Part shown: in pieces, positions 61,401-64,000 of the stretch
Numbering within the stretch: the stretch's first letter is position 1
How the letters are laid out: each line of letters opens with the position of its first letter
The notes under the pieces: model-generated
Seen by the model: only the letters and a program-made list of their open reading frames with translations
Database searches by the model: none
What the model was told of the DNA's origin: nothing
Made by a program: the position numbers and the translations under genes
NCBI RefSeq assembly: GCF_025526975.1
Contig: NW_026515675.1
Coordinates: 1 to 64,000, forward strand
From: Fimicolochytrium jonesii
Taxonomy: Eukaryota
Direction of reading: 5' to 3'
Length of the DNA: 64,000 nt

Positions 61401-62101
61401 AGAAACAGAAGACTGGGGATGGGGTGGCTACGCTGAGGCTGTGGGCGGGTACGTGGGGAAGTATGAAGAAGGGTTTGTAAGCGCCAAGTATTGGGAGGTG
61501 TGGCGACGTGTGGCTGCGTGGAGAAATGAAGGCAGTGGCAGGTGTGGGGTAGCGCGGCTGCGTGCGGCTGCGAGGTTTGGCAGATGTCAGGTTTTGACAG
61601 GGAATTGACATTGACTGACTGTTGGGATGCTGTCATGAGGTAAGCGCATGGTATGGACGCGTCGTCCATAACACGATGGGCGTGTCGGTCTGTCGGGAAG
61701 AGACGTGAGCTGTCAGTCACCCCACGGGAACCACCCATGACATGCGGTTCCTTACAGTGTCATCACAGAGCAGGAGGATGCAGGGCCGGCATATAACGTG
61801 CTGGCACGCCGAGAGGAACATCTTACGGGGGCGGTACGTGTTGCAGTTCCAACACGTAGGCCGGGCCGGTGGAGCCGGGGGCTCCGGGGTACTGTCCGAG
61901 TGCTCCTCGGGGGTGTCCTGAGATAGAATTGGTCAAACCACGTAAGTTCGGTCAATTGGGCAACCTCCGTGAACTCACCACTCGCTGTCGCTTGAGAGCC
62001 TTCTTCAGGCTGTCCCCTGTGGTGGGGCCCTTGCCTACTTTCTTCTTGCCCGATGACGGGCCGGCGGCAGTGGGCTTGGCAGGAGGAACTACGCTGGCCA
62101 T
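55460..62101 (-). CDS. Spliced 4-exon gene for a 189-aa Cys-rich tandem RING-like protein, disrupted by the A2 insertion. Exons: 62101-61979, 61917-61756, 61689-61674 joined to 55790-55625, 55562-55460
   Basis: Introns of 61, 66 and 62 nt (GTGAGT...CAG, GTAAGG...CAG, GTAAGT...TAG; TTGAC/CTGAC branch-like sites); the 570-nt joined frame has no stops; CWNC-x12-CQH-x2-CRPC; TATA box upstream. Confidence 0.85.
56519..60192 (-). pseudogene. pol: A2 pol with one frameshift in RNase H (near 58175)
   Basis: ORFs 58075-60006 and 56519-58078 together match the 1162-aa ORF of the plus copy. Confidence 0.95.
60165..61091 (-). CDS. gag: A2 gag, intact
   Basis: Open frame; capsid motifs; CLYCGKPGHIAKLC. 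Confidence 0.95.
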   Translation of the reverse strand: MSDALPLTAEAWQAMCNAIDELRAQNTTLQAELAQTQTTAPATHAPEPKISLPDKFDGTRSKFRGFLNQIRLMFALQPRRYPNNQTKIRTIGTYLTGTAQAWLAPLVEQDHHSLTNLDDFIQQMQAVFGDSDRIRTSENKLQNLRQTHAATEYVAEFRQLQCDVSWNDQALIATFRRGLKEDVKDLMLTMPPTASIDTVMEQAIQCDNRLFERRLERSRNRQPYVPVTTSPTLMSPDNRPDDPMIIDAARPRGPLTPLERQHRITKKLCLYCGKPGHIAKLCPNKIRTANVAVKEPAPIQDFAQVQLQ

Positions 62102-62200
62102 AGTGAAGAGGGGAACGGCGACGCGGAGAGGTTACGAGATTGGGAGCAAGAAATGTAAGTCCGGGGACTGGCGGGAAGGTGCCGAGGAGACTACTGCCTT

Positions 62201-62210
62201 CCTTTTATAT
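62201..62210 (-). promoter_or_regulatory. Candidate TATA box (ATATAAAAGG) of the antisense RING-like gene
   Basis: About 100 nt upstream of the ATG at 62101, followed by a pyrimidine-rich leader. Confidence 0.65.
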
Positions 62211-62435
62211 GCCGCAGGGACAAGGACCATAGCGCCCCACGACCAGCTGCGGCCGAATCATCTTTACCTCATATCGGCGTAGATTTGATTGCCATCGTGG
62301 TGGCCACCGGTGATGCCAGCCGCTCCAGTAGAGCCATGCGCACTCCTCATGGCCGACACCTGTGTCAGCTCCACATCAAGTAACAGCGGGGAGCGACTGG
62401 CAGGTACGGTCGGTGTCGGAGTGACACTTGGCTCT

Positions 62436-62511
62436 AAGGGGGGTGTAATGAGGTGCTGCAGGTGTCACCTTAGTGCGGGGAAGCGCGTAGGGCATGAGAT
62501 CACGTGTAGCA
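62436..62511 (+). repeat. Probable G PPT (AAGGGGGG) plus start of 3' LTR (TGTAATGAGG..., from 62444), truncated
   Basis: Same G-tract|TGTAA junction as related family C; same strand as G pol; no second LTR copy in the window. Confidence 0.65.
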
Positions 62512-64000
62512 TAGATTATATTGGGGTTCTACGCTCTGGGGTGACTCCCGAAGGGAAGAAAAGCCTTCGGGCGGCGCCCCGGGAGGTAGAAACTCTAGAA
62601 TTCTTTCAATACATCGAGCGGAGACAGAGCTAGCCTCTGGCAACGGACCTAGCATTATTGCACGCTCGCTCAGTCGCCAGTGAACAGCACTCGCACTCAT
62701 TATTGGACTAGCCCTATCCAGGCAAATGTGCCATATATGACTTCTGTGTCGCCGGCACCCCATGCGCCTCCTCAGCGCGCTATGGCCTACTCCGTCCCGT
62801 ACGCTTATAAAGCCCCGGAACGGCATCCTTACTTTCAACCTCGTTCTCAAAGCCCTCCTTTCAATGAAATTCCTCATGAAAGTGCATCTGTGAGATCTGT
62901 TACTCCCGTAACACCCCCTACGGCCGGCAAATCAGCTTCCAAAGTCTTCATCATCACTACCCTTAGTAAACTCGGCTCTACAACGGCGATCCCAATGTTA
63001 CCAAGCTTCAAGGGTTCCTTGATCACATCGACGTAATTATGAAGTACGAGATGATTTCGCCTTCCGAATGCGTAGACTTCGTCGTCAACGCGCTCACTGG
63101 ACCAGCTCTCCAGTGGTGGAAAAGCCTTCCTGAAAACGAGCGCTTCTCCATAATTTCCTGGCACAATATTCAAGACGTCTATGGACTGCCCCCGCGACTC
63201 GGATTACGCTCCGCAATGTTGAGGCGCTTCATTCCCCGGAATCATCTGCCGCAAGTTCTTCACAGACTGCGCGCTCTGAAGCCCAAGTCAATTAACCATC
63301 AAGGTTTAACCGAATTTGTCGCCCAGTTCAACCTTTTGGCTGGATAACTCCCCAGGCTCCCGGAATACGTGCTCTGTGCCGATTTCCTTCAAGCCCTTCC
63401 TAAGAATCTTAGTACCCTGATCACTGCTCAGGCTCAGTACGATGATAGACTTAGTCCTTCTCAAGAAGCCGCGATTCGTATAGCCGCCGAGCACAACGAG
63501 AAGACCCCGAGTATGCCTCAGTCGGGGGCATCCGCTGCCCACGTTACTTCCACTCTACCTCAGAAGAAGAAGAACAAATCCAAGACTGGCGGCTCCAGAG
63601 GCACCCCCTCTACCCAATCCTCATCTTCTGACGCAACCAAGAAGCCTCCCCAATGCAAATACTGCAATAGGGACGGCCACAAGTCGGAAAACTGCTTTAC
63701 TTACAAAGCTGTCAAGGATATCATGGACAAGAACGCGAAAAACAAGGCACCCGCTGCAGCCTCCATGGCTTATGCCATGCATGTTCAAGTTCAACCAGCC
63801 AACCACGACGTCTGCCTCTTCAAGGCGAACGTGGATTCCGGTTGTACGGATCATATGACCGCCTATATCAAGGATCTAGATCCATCTTCTATTCAAGGCT
63901 ACCAACGCCTTATTGGACTCGCGGATTCGACTACCATTACCTCTCAAAAGAAGGGTACCGTACTTATCCAACCTACGTCCGGCGGCGAAGTTCTCGCTCT
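62512..64000 (+). pseudogene. gag-pol: Diverged copia D-family gag-protease fragment (D2), running off the window
   Basis: MKYEMISPSECVDFVVNALTGPALQWWKSL; CKYCNRDGHKSENC; VDSGCTDHM; homologous to about 8400-9720. Confidence 0.92.

Larger units (their letters stand above)
55796..61673 (-). mobile_element. Full-length A2 chromovirus, second copy, with 531-bp LTRs and TSD CGATG
   Basis: LTRs 61673-61143 and 56326-55796; CGATG at 55791-55795 and 61674-61678. Confidence 0.98.

Noticed and set aside
61752..62633. Listed unspliced ORFs 61752-61955, 61869-62282 and 62289-62633 (and 55476-55784) as genes
   Set aside because: They are alternative or antisense frames over the spliced RING-like gene and its promoter.
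1..64000. Strong RIP mutagenesis
   Set aside because: Near-identical repeats remain GC-rich with long open frames (for example the 1162-aa pol). Scattered transitions exist, but no heavy TpA enrichment is visible by eye; not quantified.

Overview
Eukaryotic, most likely fungal, DNA (60-66 nt GT-AG introns, fungal-type LTR element architectures). Essentially the whole 64 kb is nested, mostly decayed LTR retrotransposons from at least 10 families, labelled here A1, A2, B, C, G (chromodomain Ty3/gypsy), H (non-chromodomain gypsy), D and E (Ty1/copia), and I and J (LTR-only remnants). No ordinary host gene is seen; this looks like a heterochromatic or centromere-type retrotransposon nest. Main discoveries: (1) A 4-exon, 189-aa tandem RING-like gene that the ORF track misses. 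It lies antisense between the pol stop and the PPT/LTR of chromovirus G and is split by a young A2 insertion with a CGATG target-site duplication (TSD). (2) A Ty1/copia element (D) with a gypsy-like capsid, a chromodomain between integrase and RT, and a convergent antisense ORF. (3) The two halves of D are now inverted about 30 kb apart but rejoin through a CTACA TSD and a continuous integrase frame, which implies a ~25-29 kb inversion between C copies. (4) A copia family (E) with TA...TA LTR termini. (5) A covarying hairpin repeat array, Tf1-type self-priming, and -1 frameshift pseudoknots. Family labels are my own. Coordinates were counted by eye and may be off by a few bases.
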